Assembly (NCBI GenBank): GCA_001464765.1
Contig: LNDV01000034.1
Span: 904,671-968,670 of the forward strand
From: Betaproteobacteria bacterium Ga0077526
Lineage (GTDB): Bacteria; Pseudomonadota; Gammaproteobacteria; Burkholderiales; Ga0077523
Direction: 5' to 3'
Length of the DNA: 64,000 nt
In this document: piece after piece, positions 12,229 through 22,231 of the stretch
Layout of the letters: every line of letters begins with the position of its first letter
Position numbering within the stretch: the stretch's first letter is position 1
Program-made: the position numbers and the translations under genes
The notes under the pieces: model-generated
Databases searched by the model: none
The model's input: only the letters and a program-made list of their open reading frames with translations
Told to the model about the DNA's origin: nothing

Positions 12229-13179
12229 ATGGATCCGATCGCGGCCGCCGTGGCCCGACTGAATGCTGGGGGTCTCGTGGCTTTCCCCACAGAGACGGTT
12301 TATGGGCTCGGCGCAGACGCGACCAACCCGGAGGCCGTGCGCCGCATCTTCGAAGCCAAGGGACGACCGGCCGATCATCCGGTGATCGTCCACCTCGCGG
12401 ACGCCTCCCGGATCGGGGAATGGGCTCGGATCGTCCCCGACGCCGCCCTGAAACTCGCCGCGGCGTTCTGGCCAGGACCGATGACCCTTGTGCTCCCCCG
12501 ACAGTCCGGAGTAGCCGACATCGTGACCGGCGGTCAGGATACCGTCGGCATCCGCATCCCCTCCCACCCGGTCGCCCAGGCGTTGCTGCGCGCGTTCGGA
12601 CACGGCGTAGCCGGCCCGTCGGCCAACCGCTTCGGCCACATTTCGCCCACCACGGCGGAACACGTGCGTGCGGAGTTCGGCGAAAGCCTCGACCTGATCC
12701 TCGAAGGCGGCCCGAGTGAAGTCGGTATCGAATCGACGATCGTCGATCTGTCCGGCACCGAGCCGGTGCTACTACGTCCGGGGATGATCTCTGCCAGCGA
12801 GCTCGAAGCCGTGCTGGGGCGCAGGGTGGGCGTACCGGGCGCAGCGTCGCCCCGGGTCTCGGGGTCCCTCGCTTCTCACTACGCACCGCGAACACCCGCA
12901 GTCCTCATGAATGCCGACGACATCGATGCAGCATGGCGCGGCAAGGAGCCGCGGCTCGGGGTGCTGGCCCGTCGCCCCAGCCCGGGAAGCCACGAGCGCG
13001 GCACCTGGGTGCACGCGCCGGTCGATCCCGCGAGCTACGCCCATGATCTGTATGCCAACCTGAGGAAACTCGACGCGGCGGGCTGCTCGCGCCTTCTGGT
13101 GGAAACCGTTCCAGGCGGAGCCGAGTGGCTCGCCGTTCGCGATCGGCTCTCGCGCGCCACCACACCTGCGGAACCTTGA
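12229..13179 (+). CDS. tsaC: L-threonylcarbamoyladenylate synthase, long Sua5/TsaC2 form
   Basis: YrdC-domain motifs FPTETVYGLGADA, KGRPADHPVIVH and SANRFGHISPTTA, plus a C-terminal Sua5-like domain; 316 aa. Confidence 0.85.
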   Translation: MDPIAAAVARLNAGGLVAFPTETVYGLGADATNPEAVRRIFEAKGRPADHPVIVHLADASRIGEWARIVPDAALKLAAAFWPGPMTLVLPRQSGVADIVTGGQDTVGIRIPSHPVAQALLRAFGHGVAGPSANRFGHISPTTAEHVRAEFGESLDLILEGGPSEVGIESTIVDLSGTEPVLLRPGMISASELEAVLGRRVGVPGAASPRVSGSLASHYAPRTPAVLMNADDIDAAWRGKEPRLGVLARRPSPGSHERGTWVHAPVDPASYAHDLYANLRKLDAAGCSRLLVETVPGGAEWLAVRDRLSRATTPAEP

Positions 13180-13221
13180 GCCCCTGTCGATGGTCTGCGC
13201 CATCGTCCGCCCGCCACCCCG

Positions 13222-14172
13222 TTGCCGGAGTTCGTCTTGGATCCTGTCGTCCTCTTCTTCCTGCTGGGTGTGATCGCGCGTCTGGTCCGAAGCGACCTGC
13301 GCCTGCCCGAAGCCATGTACGAGGGGCTGTCCATCTATCTGCTCCTCGCCATCGGGCTCAAGGGCGGGGTGGAACTCGCCAAGCATCCGGTCGGCCCTCT
13401 TCTGCCCCAAGTGGGCGGTGTTCTGCTGCTCGGGATCACGCTGCCCCTGCTGGCGTACCCGGTTCTGCGATATGTCGGACGGTTCAACCGCCCGGATGCC
13501 TCGTCGGTGGCGGCGCACTACGGGTCGGTCAGCATGGTCACTTTTGCGGTGGCCATGGCCTATCTGCTGGAACGCGGCATCTCCCACGAGCAATACATGC
13601 CGCTGTTCGTCGTCCTTCTCGAAGTACCCGGCATCGTCGTGGGCATTCTGCTCGCCAAGCTCGGTGCGGAGCGGCGTGTGGAATGGGGGGCGCTCGCGCA
13701 CGAGGTGCTGTTCGGCCGGAGTATCGTGCTGCTCACGGGCGGTCTCGTGATCGGGTGGATCTCCGGTCCTCAGGCGCTGGAGCCACAGGCCAAACTCTTC
13801 TTCGAACTGTTCAAGGCGGTGCTCGCGCTGTTCATGCTGGAGATGGGGCTGGTCGCCGCCGGACGGATCCGGGATCTTCGGCGTACGGGCCTGTTTCTCC
13901 TGGCCTTCGGCACCATCGTTCCGTGCATCTTTGCCGCGATCGGCGGTCTGGTTGCCCAGGGCATCGGGTTGTCTCTGGGCGGTGCGATCCTGCTTGGCAC
14001 GCTCGCCGCTAGTGCGTCGTACATTGCCGCACCGGCGGCGATGCGAATTGCCGTGCCCGAGGCCAATCCCTCACTGTCACTGGCGGCATCCCTCGGGGTC
14101 ACTTTCCCGTTCAACGTGCTGGTCGGCATCCCCCTCTACCATCGGGTAGTCGGCTATCTCTACGGTGCCTGA
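13222..14172 (+). CDS. SbtA-like (DUF897) sodium-dependent bicarbonate transporter family permease
   Basis: Polytopic membrane protein whose N-terminus LDPVVLFFLLGVIARLVRSDLRLPE is typical of the Sbt family, followed by an SbtB-like PII gene. Start is uncertain: TTG 13222 or in-frame TTG 13237. Confidence 0.75.
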   Translation: MPEFVLDPVVLFFLLGVIARLVRSDLRLPEAMYEGLSIYLLLAIGLKGGVELAKHPVGPLLPQVGGVLLLGITLPLLAYPVLRYVGRFNRPDASSVAAHYGSVSMVTFAVAMAYLLERGISHEQYMPLFVVLLEVPGIVVGILLAKLGAERRVEWGALAHEVLFGRSIVLLTGGLVIGWISGPQALEPQAKLFFELFKAVLALFMLEMGLVAAGRIRDLRRTGLFLLAFGTIVPCIFAAIGGLVAQGIGLSLGGAILLGTLAASASYIAAPAAMRIAVPEANPSLSLAASLGVTFPFNVLVGIPLYHRVVGYLYGA

Positions 14173-14186
14173 AAACGACGAAACCC

Positions 14187-14489
14187 ATGCAAACCCACGC
14201 CCGAAAGCTCGTTGTCATCATCACCGAATCTGCGCTGGAGTCCATGCTGGTCAAGGACATTCTGACCCTCGGCGCCCACGGGTACACGATTTGCGACGTC
14301 CGGGGAGGAGGCCGTCATGGTGCTCGCGAGGCCGCCTGGGAAGCGGACCGGAACATCCGGGTCGAGGTCATCTGCGACGACCCGACCGCTTCCGCGATTG
14401 CCGAGCACGTGCGGTCCAAGTACGCCCTGAACTATGCGACGACGGTGTTCGTCGCAGACATCGGGGTCCTCAGACCGGAGAAGTTTTGA
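14187..14489 (+). CDS. SbtB-like PII-family signalling protein
   Basis: 100 aa. KLVVIITESALESMLVKDILTLGAHGYTICDVRGGGRHG and IRVEVICDD...YATTVFVADIGVL are collinear with cyanobacterial SbtB as I recall it. Lies 14 nt after the permease gene. Confidence 0.75.
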   Translation: MQTHARKLVVIITESALESMLVKDILTLGAHGYTICDVRGGGRHGAREAAWEADRNIRVEVICDDPTASAIAEHVRSKYALNYATTVFVADIGVLRPEKF

Positions 14490-14498
14490 GGTGGTGGC

Positions 14499-14702
14499 AT
14501 GAGCACGTTCGCGACGTTGTCGTCCTGGCAGGACAAGATCCGATTCGAGTATCCCAGCGTGAACTTCCAGCAGACGGATCACCCCGGCGGCGTCAACGCC
14601 GTGTGTGAGGGCGTGCTCGTCGGCCGCTACTTCGTGGAACGCCAACCTCCCTACGGCGTCATCTACGCCCAGGCGCGCAGCTGCAACGGCAAGCCCTGGT
14701 GA
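14499..14702 (+). CDS. Hypothetical 67-aa protein, no family recognised
   Basis: SD gaggtgg lies 6 nt upstream of the ATG. Balanced composition, unlike the Arg/Pro-rich artefact ORFs. Packed 9 nt after the sbtB-like gene and 7 nt before the Rieske gene. Confidence 0.45.
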   Translation: MSTFATLSSWQDKIRFEYPSVNFQQTDHPGGVNAVCEGVLVGRYFVERQPPYGVIYAQARSCNGKPW

Positions 14703-14709
14703 CGGCTCC

Positions 14710-15078
14710 GTGACACAGGGGTGGCGGGAGCATCCTGCCGCCCCGGCCTCCGGCACGAGGCTCTGCGCCCTCGAGGACATTCCCGAGGGCGAAGGCCGGG
14801 AGTTCCTCTTCGGGACCGACCCGGGCGCCCTGCGGATTCTCGTCGTCCGACGCCAGTCGCAAATATGGGGCTACGTGAACTGCTGCCCCCACAACTACAT
14901 ACCCCTGAACGACACGCCTGACCGGTTCGTGACCTTCGATCACGAATGGATCATTTGCTCCGCCCACGGTGCGGTCTTCCGCTATGAGGACGGCTTCTGT
15001 GAAGACGGCCCGTGTCGGGGCCGTGTCCTGGAACCCGTCCCCGTGAGCCTCGCTGACGCCGCCGTGTTCGTTCGCTGA
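14710..15078 (+). CDS. Small Rieske [2Fe-2S] protein
   Basis: Rieske ligands CPH...(x20)...CSAHG. GTG 14710 chosen because the longer ATG 14605 would overlap the preceding ORF by about 100 nt. Confidence 0.75.
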   Translation: MTQGWREHPAAPASGTRLCALEDIPEGEGREFLFGTDPGALRILVVRRQSQIWGYVNCCPHNYIPLNDTPDRFVTFDHEWIICSAHGAVFRYEDGFCEDGPCRGRVLEPVPVSLADAAVFVR

Positions 15079-15151
15079 CCGCCGCCCCTGCTTCCCGCAG
15101 GGTATCCGGCGATGGTATGGTCCCGCGTCCTTTCCCAGCGGGAGTCCGAAG

Positions 15152-16348
15152 ATGCGTTCCTTGCTCGCGGCGGTGTTTCTGTCGGCGATGGCGTTCTGCA
15201 CGCAAGCCGAAGAGAAGAAGCCGAACCCCGGCGTCACGGACACCGAGATCAAGATCGGGCAGACGATGCCCTACAGCGGCCCGGCGTCGGCCTATGCCAC
15301 GGTCGGGCGTGCCCACGCCGCGTTCTTCGAGATGATCAATGCGAAGGGCGGCATCAACGGCCGCAAGCTGAAGCTGATCAGCCTCGACGACTCCATGGTG
15401 CCGCCCCGTGCACTGGAACAGGTGCGACGCCTGGTGGAGCAGGAGCAGGTCGCCTTCACGTTCGGCATTCTCGGACTCAGCAACATGGCGGTGCAGCTGT
15501 ACCTCAACCAGAAGAAGGTGCCCCATCTGTTTCCGGCGGTGGCCGGACGCCGGTTCCACGAACCGAAGAAGGCCCCGTGGACCATGGGCTGGGTGCCGAG
15601 CTTCGAGTTCGAGGGGCGGGTGTACGCGGAATACCTGCTGCAGAACAAGCCCGACGCCAGAATTGCCGTGCTCTACATGAACGACGATCTCGGTAAGGAG
15701 TACCTGAAGGGCCTCAAGCTGGGACTGGGCGACAAGGCCGCGAAGATGATCGTCGCCGAGGCCACTCACGAGCTGTTCGACCCGTCGGTCGATTCCCAGG
15801 TGATCCAGCTGAAGGCCTCCGGCGCGGACACGCTGTTCATGTTCACGATCCCGAAGTTCGGCACGCAGACGATCCGCCGGGTGCACGAGCTCGGCTGGAA
15901 GCCGCTGCACTTCACGGGCTACCCCGCCGCATCGATCGGCGCGACGCTCGCGCCCGCGGGTCTCGACAAGTCCGTCGGCCTCATCACCGCCTACTTCGGC
16001 AAGGATCCGCTCGATCCCGAGTACGTGAACGATACGGACGTGAAGGAGTTCGTCGAGTGGATGAAGGCCTATAACAAGGGCGCCGACATGATCGACGGCG
16101 CCTATGGCTACGCCTACATGCAGGGCCATCTGCTGATGGAAGTGCTGAAGCGCTGCGGCGATGATCTGTCGCGGGAGAACGTCATGCGTCAGGCCGCGAA
16201 CCTGAAGGACGTGCGCCTGCCCCTCACTCTGCCGGGCATTGTCATCAACACCAGTCCGGAGGACTTCCGCCCGGTGACGCAACTGCGCCTGCTGCGTTTC
16301 GACGGCAAGCGCTGGAACTATTTCGGGCCGCTGGTCAACGAACGCTGA
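15152..16348 (+). CDS. Periplasmic substrate-binding protein, branched-chain amino acid (LivK) type
   Basis: Signal peptide MRSLLAAVFLSAMAFCTQA, then IKIGQTMPYSGPASAY...GGINGRKLKLISLDD, typical of the family. No cognate permease or ATPase genes are adjacent. Confidence 0.8.
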   Translation: MRSLLAAVFLSAMAFCTQAEEKKPNPGVTDTEIKIGQTMPYSGPASAYATVGRAHAAFFEMINAKGGINGRKLKLISLDDSMVPPRALEQVRRLVEQEQVAFTFGILGLSNMAVQLYLNQKKVPHLFPAVAGRRFHEPKKAPWTMGWVPSFEFEGRVYAEYLLQNKPDARIAVLYMNDDLGKEYLKGLKLGLGDKAAKMIVAEATHELFDPSVDSQVIQLKASGADTLFMFTIPKFGTQTIRRVHELGWKPLHFTGYPAASIGATLAPAGLDKSVGLITAYFGKDPLDPEYVNDTDVKEFVEWMKAYNKGADMIDGAYGYAYMQGHLLMEVLKRCGDDLSRENVMRQAANLKDVRLPLTLPGIVINTSPEDFRPVTQLRLLRFDGKRWNYFGPLVNER

Positions 16349-16372
16349 ACACACAGCACCGGTTTCTTCTCC

Positions 16373-17680
16373 ATGCGCGTTCTCGTTCTCGGCAGCGGTC
16401 TTCTGGGTACCACCTCGGCGTGGTATCTGTCTCAGCGGGGCCATGAAGTGGTGGTGGTGGATCGTCAGCCCGGCTCGGGGCTCGAGACCAGCTTCGCCAA
16501 TGGCGGCCAGATCTCCGTGAGCCATGCCGAGCCGTGGGCGAATCCGCATGCCCCCGCGCAGATCGTGCGCTGGCTCGGGCGCGAAGACGCGCCGCTCCTG
16601 TTCCGCCTGCGTGCAGACCCCGCGATGTGGGCCTGGGGCCTGCGCTTCCTGCTGGAATGCCTGCCTTCCCGCACACACCGGAACATCGCGCAGCTCGTGA
16701 ACCTTGGCATCTACAGCCGGGCGGCACTGCAATCCCTGCGCCGCGATACCGGCATCACTTACGACCATCTCGAACGCGGCATCCTCCATTTCTTCACCAC
16801 GCCCGCGAGTCTGGCCGCCGGTGTGGAAGCCGCCGCGGCGATGCGGGAGTACGGGTGCGACAGCCAGCCCGTCACCCGTGAGGAGTGCTTCGCTCTCGAG
16901 CCTGCGCTGAGGAACGCGACGGTCGACATCGTCGGCGGCACCTTCACGTCGACGGACGAGTCGGGCAACGCCCATGTCTTCACTAAAAAACTCGCGGCGC
17001 TGTGCGCATCGAGAGGCGTGCGCTTCGAGTACGACACGCGGGTGATTGCTCTGAAGCCCGAAGGCGGTGCCATCGGTTCCGTCGCCGTGCAGACCGGCAC
17101 GCAGCCCGCACGCGAGTTGCGCGCCGATGCGTATGTCGTCGCGCTCGGAAGCTACAGTCCCCTGCTGCTACGCCCGCTGGGGTTGTCGGTGCCTGTGTAT
17201 CCGGCCAAGGGCTACTCCGTCACCCTGCCGGTACGCACCGAAGACGAAGCTCCGGTTGTCAGCCTGACGGACGATGAACAGAAGTTGGTGTTCTCACGGC
17301 TGGGCAACGAACTGCGCGTGGCAGGCACGGCGGAATTGAACGGCTACAACACCGAGATCAATCCCGTGCGGTGCGAGGCCATCGTGGCGAGAGTGAAGTC
17401 ACTCTTTCCGCGTGCTGGTGACTTCTCGCAGGCGCGCTTCTGGACGGGGCTGCGGCCGGCCACGCCGGGCAACGTGCCGCTCATCGGCCAGTCGCGCATC
17501 CCCAACCTGTATCTCAACACCGGTCATGGCACGCTCGGCTGGACCCACTCGTGTGGATCAGGCAAGGCTCTCGCGGAACTCATCGACGGGCGGGTGCCCG
17601 ACGTCGATTTCGCATTTCTGGGCGTGCAAGGCCGGCGTGCCGGACCGGTCGCTACGGCGCGCGCGCGGGACGCCCACTGA
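16373..17680 (+). CDS. dadA: D-amino acid dehydrogenase-like FAD oxidoreductase
   Basis: FAD fold MRVLVLGSGLLGTTSAWYLSQRGHEVVVVDR; 435 aa; C-terminal NTGHGTLGWT motif. Confidence 0.8.
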   Translation: MRVLVLGSGLLGTTSAWYLSQRGHEVVVVDRQPGSGLETSFANGGQISVSHAEPWANPHAPAQIVRWLGREDAPLLFRLRADPAMWAWGLRFLLECLPSRTHRNIAQLVNLGIYSRAALQSLRRDTGITYDHLERGILHFFTTPASLAAGVEAAAAMREYGCDSQPVTREECFALEPALRNATVDIVGGTFTSTDESGNAHVFTKKLAALCASRGVRFEYDTRVIALKPEGGAIGSVAVQTGTQPARELRADAYVVALGSYSPLLLRPLGLSVPVYPAKGYSVTLPVRTEDEAPVVSLTDDEQKLVFSRLGNELRVAGTAELNGYNTEINPVRCEAIVARVKSLFPRAGDFSQARFWTGLRPATPGNVPLIGQSRIPNLYLNTGHGTLGWTHSCGSGKALAELIDGRVPDVDFAFLGVQGRRAGPVATARARDAH

Positions 17681-18916
17681 CTACGCAGTAGCGATTCGCG
17701 GGTGCATCGGTGTTTCGCGGATCGGCAGGTTGACCACCGCCGCCAGCGCGGCCAGCGCGATGTCCGCGTACCACATCCAGTCGTAGGAGCCCGTATTCAC
17801 CAGCGCGAGCCCGCCGAGCCACGCACCGAAGAAGCCGCCGATCTGGTGCGACAGCAGCGTCAGGCCGAATAGCGTGGCGAGGTGCCGGGTACCGAACAGC
17901 TTGCCCACGAGGCCGGCCGTCGGCGGCACCGTCGACAGCCAGGTGAACCCGAGCACGACCGCGAACACGAAGAACGTCGCCGCCGTCTTCGGCGCCATCA
18001 GATACAGCAGAATTGCCACGGCGCGCGTCGCGTACACCCAGAACAGCAGCCACTTCATCCGGTAGATGCCGCCCAGATACCCTGCCGAGAGGCTGCCGGC
18101 GATGTTGGCGAGGCCGATGAGGGCGAGGGAGGTGGCCGCGACACTGCCCGGCAATCCGCATAGCTGCACTTCACCCGGCAGGTGCGTGACCAGGAAGGCC
18201 ACGTGGAAGCCGCACGTGAAGAACCCGGCGTGCAGACACCAGTAGCTCGTGTTGCCCATGGCTTCGCGCAGCTGCGCGCGCAGCCCGGTCGGCCCCGGAT
18301 GACTCGCGTGTGCCGCTGTCGCCTGGGCGGTCGACGACGGTGAAGCCCGGAGTACCCGTGCGAGGGGCAGCGTCAGCAGCGTCGTGGCCGCGACCGTGAG
18401 CAGGGCGCTGACCCACCCGAAACTCGCGATGACGAACTGCGACAGCGGCGCGTAGAGGAACTGACCGAAGCTTCCGCCGGCGTTGATGAAGCCGGCAGCG
18501 AAGGCGCGCTTCTCGGGTGGCAACCGCCCGGCCGTCGCACCGATCAGGATCGAGAAGCTGCCCGCCCCGGCACCAGCGGCGACGAGGAAGCCCAGGGTGC
18601 CCATCAGGAACCACTGGTTGTCGACGAAGGGCGTGAGTCCGATTCCAGCGGCCATCATCAGGCCGCCGATCATCACCACGCGTTCCGACCCGTAGCGATC
18701 CGCGAGGGCACCGAACACGGGCTGCGCGGCACCCCATACGAACTGCCCCACGGCGAGCGCGAAGCTGATCGACACGATGCCCAGGCCCGTGGCCGTGTTG
18801 AGCGGCGACACATACAGACCCAGGCACTGGCGTGCGCCCATCGTGATCATCAGGATCGCGGCACACGTCAGCAGGAACGGCCAGTAACGCTGGCCCACGG
18901 CGGTGGAAGAAGCCAC
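17681..18916 (-). CDS. MFS transporter
   Basis: About 12 hydrophobic segments and an MFS-like loop GALADRYGSERV. GTG 18916 chosen because the rest of track ORF 17681..19489 overlaps the upstream TauE gene. Confidence 0.75.
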   Translation of the reverse strand: MASSTAVGQRYWPFLLTCAAILMITMGARQCLGLYVSPLNTATGLGIVSISFALAVGQFVWGAAQPVFGALADRYGSERVVMIGGLMMAAGIGLTPFVDNQWFLMGTLGFLVAAGAGAGSFSILIGATAGRLPPEKRAFAAGFINAGGSFGQFLYAPLSQFVIASFGWVSALLTVAATTLLTLPLARVLRASPSSTAQATAAHASHPGPTGLRAQLREAMGNTSYWCLHAGFFTCGFHVAFLVTHLPGEVQLCGLPGSVAATSLALIGLANIAGSLSAGYLGGIYRMKWLLFWVYATRAVAILLYLMAPKTAATFFVFAVVLGFTWLSTVPPTAGLVGKLFGTRHLATLFGLTLLSHQIGGFFGAWLGGLALVNTGSYDWMWYADIALAALAAVVNLPIRETPMHPRIATA

Positions 18917-18924
18917 ACGCGAGC

Positions 18925-19731
18925 CTAGAACAGGGATACCGTCATCTTGACGGCCATGATGGCAAGGATGATCGCGAATACTTTCTTGAGCTTGGGCACC
19001 GGGATCGTGTGCGCCATCTTCGCGCCGATCGGCACCGTCACGAAGGTGCCGATGACGATCCCCACGAGCGCGGGCAGGTACAGATATCCGAGGGAATACG
19101 CCGGCAGATGATCCTTGTCCCAGCCGCTGATCAGGAACCCGATCGTACCGGCAATCGCGATGGGCAGGCCCAGGGCGGACGACGTGGCGACGCACTGTCG
19201 CATCGGCACGTTGCAGAAGCTCATCAGCGGGATGCTGAGGAATCCGCCGCCCGCGCCCACCAGCGCGGAAGCGACGCCCACCAGACCAGCGCCGAATTGC
19301 AGACCCACCGGGCCGGGCAGCTGCCGCGTCGGCTTCGGCTTCAGGTCCAGCATCATGTTGACGGCGGAGTAGACGACGAACAACGTGAACAAGACGGCGA
19401 GCGCACGGGAACGCAACGTTTCCGCGACCGCGCTCCCCGCCAGCGTGCCGATCACCAGGCCGGCCACCGCGTTGCGCACGATGTCCCATCGCACCGCGCC
19501 GTGCTTGTGATGGGAATGGACGCTCTTGATGGACGTGAACACGATGGTGGCGAGCGAGGTGCCGAGCGCCAGATGCATCACGCGGTCATCGGGGAAACCC
19601 TGCGCGTTGAACGCGAACACCATGAGGCTCACGAGAATCATGCCGCCGCCGATGCCGAGCAGACCTGCGAAGAAGCCCGCGAACAGACCCATCAGGGGAT
19701 AGATGAGCCACCAGATCGACAGCGAAGCCAT
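18925..19731 (-). CDS. TauE/SafE (DUF81) family anion/sulfite exporter-type permease
   Basis: Duplicated GLLGIGGG / GAGGGFL motifs in a polytopic membrane protein. ATG 19731 (MASLSIWW) preferred over 19770, which overlaps the EVE gene. Confidence 0.8.
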   Translation of the reverse strand: MASLSIWWLIYPLMGLFAGFFAGLLGIGGGMILVSLMVFAFNAQGFPDDRVMHLALGTSLATIVFTSIKSVHSHHKHGAVRWDIVRNAVAGLVIGTLAGSAVAETLRSRALAVLFTLFVVYSAVNMMLDLKPKPTRQLPGPVGLQFGAGLVGVASALVGAGGGFLSIPLMSFCNVPMRQCVATSSALGLPIAIAGTIGFLISGWDKDHLPAYSLGYLYLPALVGIVIGTFVTVPIGAKMAHTIPVPKLKKVFAIILAIMAVKMTVSLF

Positions 19732-19742
19732 GGAGATGCCTG

Positions 19743-20198
<456 letters not shown>

Positions 20199-20448
20199 TT
20201 ACCTTCCTTCCTGTTCCAGGGGGTCAGCAAAAGACTGAAAGATATAGGATCGCGACATTCTCGCGCTGGCCTGGTTGCGGGGGGTTCACTGGAACCCCAC
20301 CCACATTCCCACCCAGCAGAGGACGCTGACGGCACGCGTGGCCGCGCAGCTCAGGACCATAGGTCGTTGATCACGAACGTCAGAGGAAGCACGAAAAATA
20401 CACCATCGGAACCTGCTTGCGTGACGACGCCTCCGTCCTCCGACGAAT

Positions 20449-20760
20449 TCAGTGGTAGTCGTCTTCGAGCTGATGGCGTACGGCGAGGATCGTCACGGTC
20501 GATGCGCTGTCTATCTCGAACAGCGCCACGTAGCCGCTCCGCCCGAAGGGGATGAGGAGTTCGCGCAGGAAGGCATCATCCCCGGCTTTCCGGTGGATGA
20601 ATGGTGACTGGCTCAAGCGCTCCACTGCGCCCGTGATTGCGCCGAGCGCCTGCTCCGCCAGATCGATATCCTCGACGGTCGTGGCGCGATCGAGCAGGAA
20701 GTCATACAGGCGTACCAGGTCATCTCGCGCCGCCGCGCTGTAGCGAACGGCGAAGCTCAC
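20449..20760 (-). CDS. ParE/RelE-family type II toxin
   Basis: 103 aa. AAARDDLVRLYDFL and YVALFEIDSASTVTILAVRHQLEDDY are ParE-like. Start overlaps the upstream small gene by 4 nt. Confidence 0.75.
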   Translation of the reverse strand: MSFAVRYSAAARDDLVRLYDFLLDRATTVEDIDLAEQALGAITGAVERLSQSPFIHRKAGDDAFLRELLIPFGRSGYVALFEIDSASTVTILAVRHQLEDDYH

Positions 20761-21041
20761 GAGCGAACTTTCTTCCGGAGCGTCTTTCGAGCAGTGACCA
20801 GTTTCTCTTTCAGTAAGGTGTGGACCGAGTCGGCGTCGTAGTAGATGCCGGTGCGCTTGGCATCGTCGCGGGAGGCCAGACCGCGGGCGATGAACTCTGT
20901 GCGGGTGCGGCGGCGAAGGATGGTCTCGCGCACGGACGTTTCGATGAAACCCGACAGGGTCTCACCTTCCTCCAGTACGCTTTCAGCGGCTTCGCGCAGT
21001 TCAGGATCGACACGGAGCGAGGGCAAGGTCGCGGATTTCAT
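20757..21041 (-). CDS. Ribbon-helix-helix antitoxin (ParD-like)
   Basis: RHH-like N-terminus LPSLRVDPELREAAESVL...LSGFIETSVRETILRR. 4-nt overlap with the toxin. Start uncertain (ATG 21041 or 21059). Confidence 0.65.
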   Translation of the reverse strand: MKSATLPSLRVDPELREAAESVLEEGETLSGFIETSVRETILRRRTRTEFIARGLASRDDAKRTGIYYDADSVHTLLKEKLVTARKTLRKKVRS

Positions 21042-21228
21042 GGTGATAGATCTGTGCATTGCAGATGCGATGCATTTTACCCTCGCCGTGGTTAAACGAC
21101 CAGGGAAGGTCCGCACTACCGCGCGACGGCGGAGGTTGTTCGACTTTCCCCAGATGTGGCCGGAGCTGGGTAGCAGTTGCGCGGGGAAACGAGCGCCCGA
21201 AGTCACGCGTACCGCCATCGGCAATCGC

Positions 21229-22032
21229 CTACGGCGCTGCGCCGAACCGATAAGTCACCCCGATCCGGAGGGTCTGCATGGTGACGTCGTTTTCGACCGA
21301 GCGACCCTGAACCGACGCGAAGCCGCTCCCGGAGACCACGCCGCCGCGAGCATCGGGAAAGCTGAAGCGAACCGAATCGAACTGCGTGTGGAGGTAGTCC
21401 ATACGCAGGGACCAGGCTCCGGAAACGCGCCAGGCGGCGCCGATTCCCAATGTCCAGCCTATTGGCGTGGCGTGATCGCTGTCGCTGAACCGGGCCATGG
21501 TCTGGTTCGGCCCGCTGACGCCCTCGTACTGGGTGCGGGTCTCGTTCAGTGAAGCCATGGCGAGGCCACCGGTGATGTTCACCATGAAGGGGCCGTTTGC
21601 GTAGCCAAGACGCAAGCGCGCGGTCGACAACCAGCGCGTCTCGCGTAGGATCGAGGCCTGAGTCATGCCGTTCCACGCATTGTTCGCGGTCACGATGGTG
21701 TCCTGGCGCCCTTCCTGGTGCAGCCACCCCCAGTCTGCCTCCAGCCCTACCACGATCCCGGTGGGGAACTGACGCTGGAAGCCCAGAAGCAAGCCGGCAC
21801 CCGCACCGCGGAAGGAGTCTTCGGCGGATTCGCTGGAGGCGTTGGTGCCGACGTTTCCGTCACCCCGCCGGCTCTCGCCGCTCACCCGACTGGAGGACTC
21901 GATACCGAAGAGGCTCACGTACGAGCCGCTCCAGCTCGCCGCCTCCGGGGAGGCCTGGGCAAGAACGGGCTCTGCGGTCAGCGCGAGCACGCCGACGAGC
22001 ATCCCGCCAGCAACCGAGGAGTAGGTCTTCAT
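21229..22032 (-). CDS. Outer-membrane beta-barrel protein (OmpA-like / OMP_b-brl family)
   Basis: Signal peptide ...ALTAEPVLAQA, alternating beta-strand pattern, C-terminal TLRIGVTYRF. Confidence 0.7.
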   Translation of the reverse strand: MKTYSSVAGGMLVGVLALTAEPVLAQASPEAASWSGSYVSLFGIESSSRVSGESRRGDGNVGTNASSESAEDSFRGAGAGLLLGFQRQFPTGIVVGLEADWGWLHQEGRQDTIVTANNAWNGMTQASILRETRWLSTARLRLGYANGPFMVNITGGLAMASLNETRTQYEGVSGPNQTMARFSDSDHATPIGWTLGIGAAWRVSGAWSLRMDYLHTQFDSVRFSFPDARGGVVSGSGFASVQGRSVENDVTMQTLRIGVTYRFGAAP

Positions 22033-22231
22033 TCCGAATGGCCCTGAGCGATGCAGTCAGGTCGACTGCAATACGGCTTATCGGCATGACAGGCATCGCC
22101 TTGACTCACCACGCCGCGATGGAAGCACTTCATTGGCGTGACGAGACTGGCTCCCGCAGGCGGGGGAGCCTGTGACTTGCGCGCCTTACGGGATGCCAGT
22201 TCCGGCGGACATCGCTGCCACCGGTATCGTC

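Noticed and set aside
10102-12663. 853-aa ORF on the minus strand
   Set aside because: It is antisense to purK, purC and the Sua5-type gene. Composition is low-complexity Arg/Gly-rich.
14605-14709. Longer ATG start for the Rieske protein
   Set aside because: It would overlap the 67-aa ORF by about 100 nt and add an Ala/Ser/Thr/Pro-rich tail. The GTG at 14710 lies 7 nt after the preceding stop.
20280-20298. Hairpin ggggttc-actg-gaacccc resembling a tRNA T-arm in the gap next to the TA module
   Set aside because: There is no acceptor, D or anticodon arm around it. I found no tRNA-like GGTTCGAATCC context anywhere in the window, so it is not a tRNA or an obvious att remnant.
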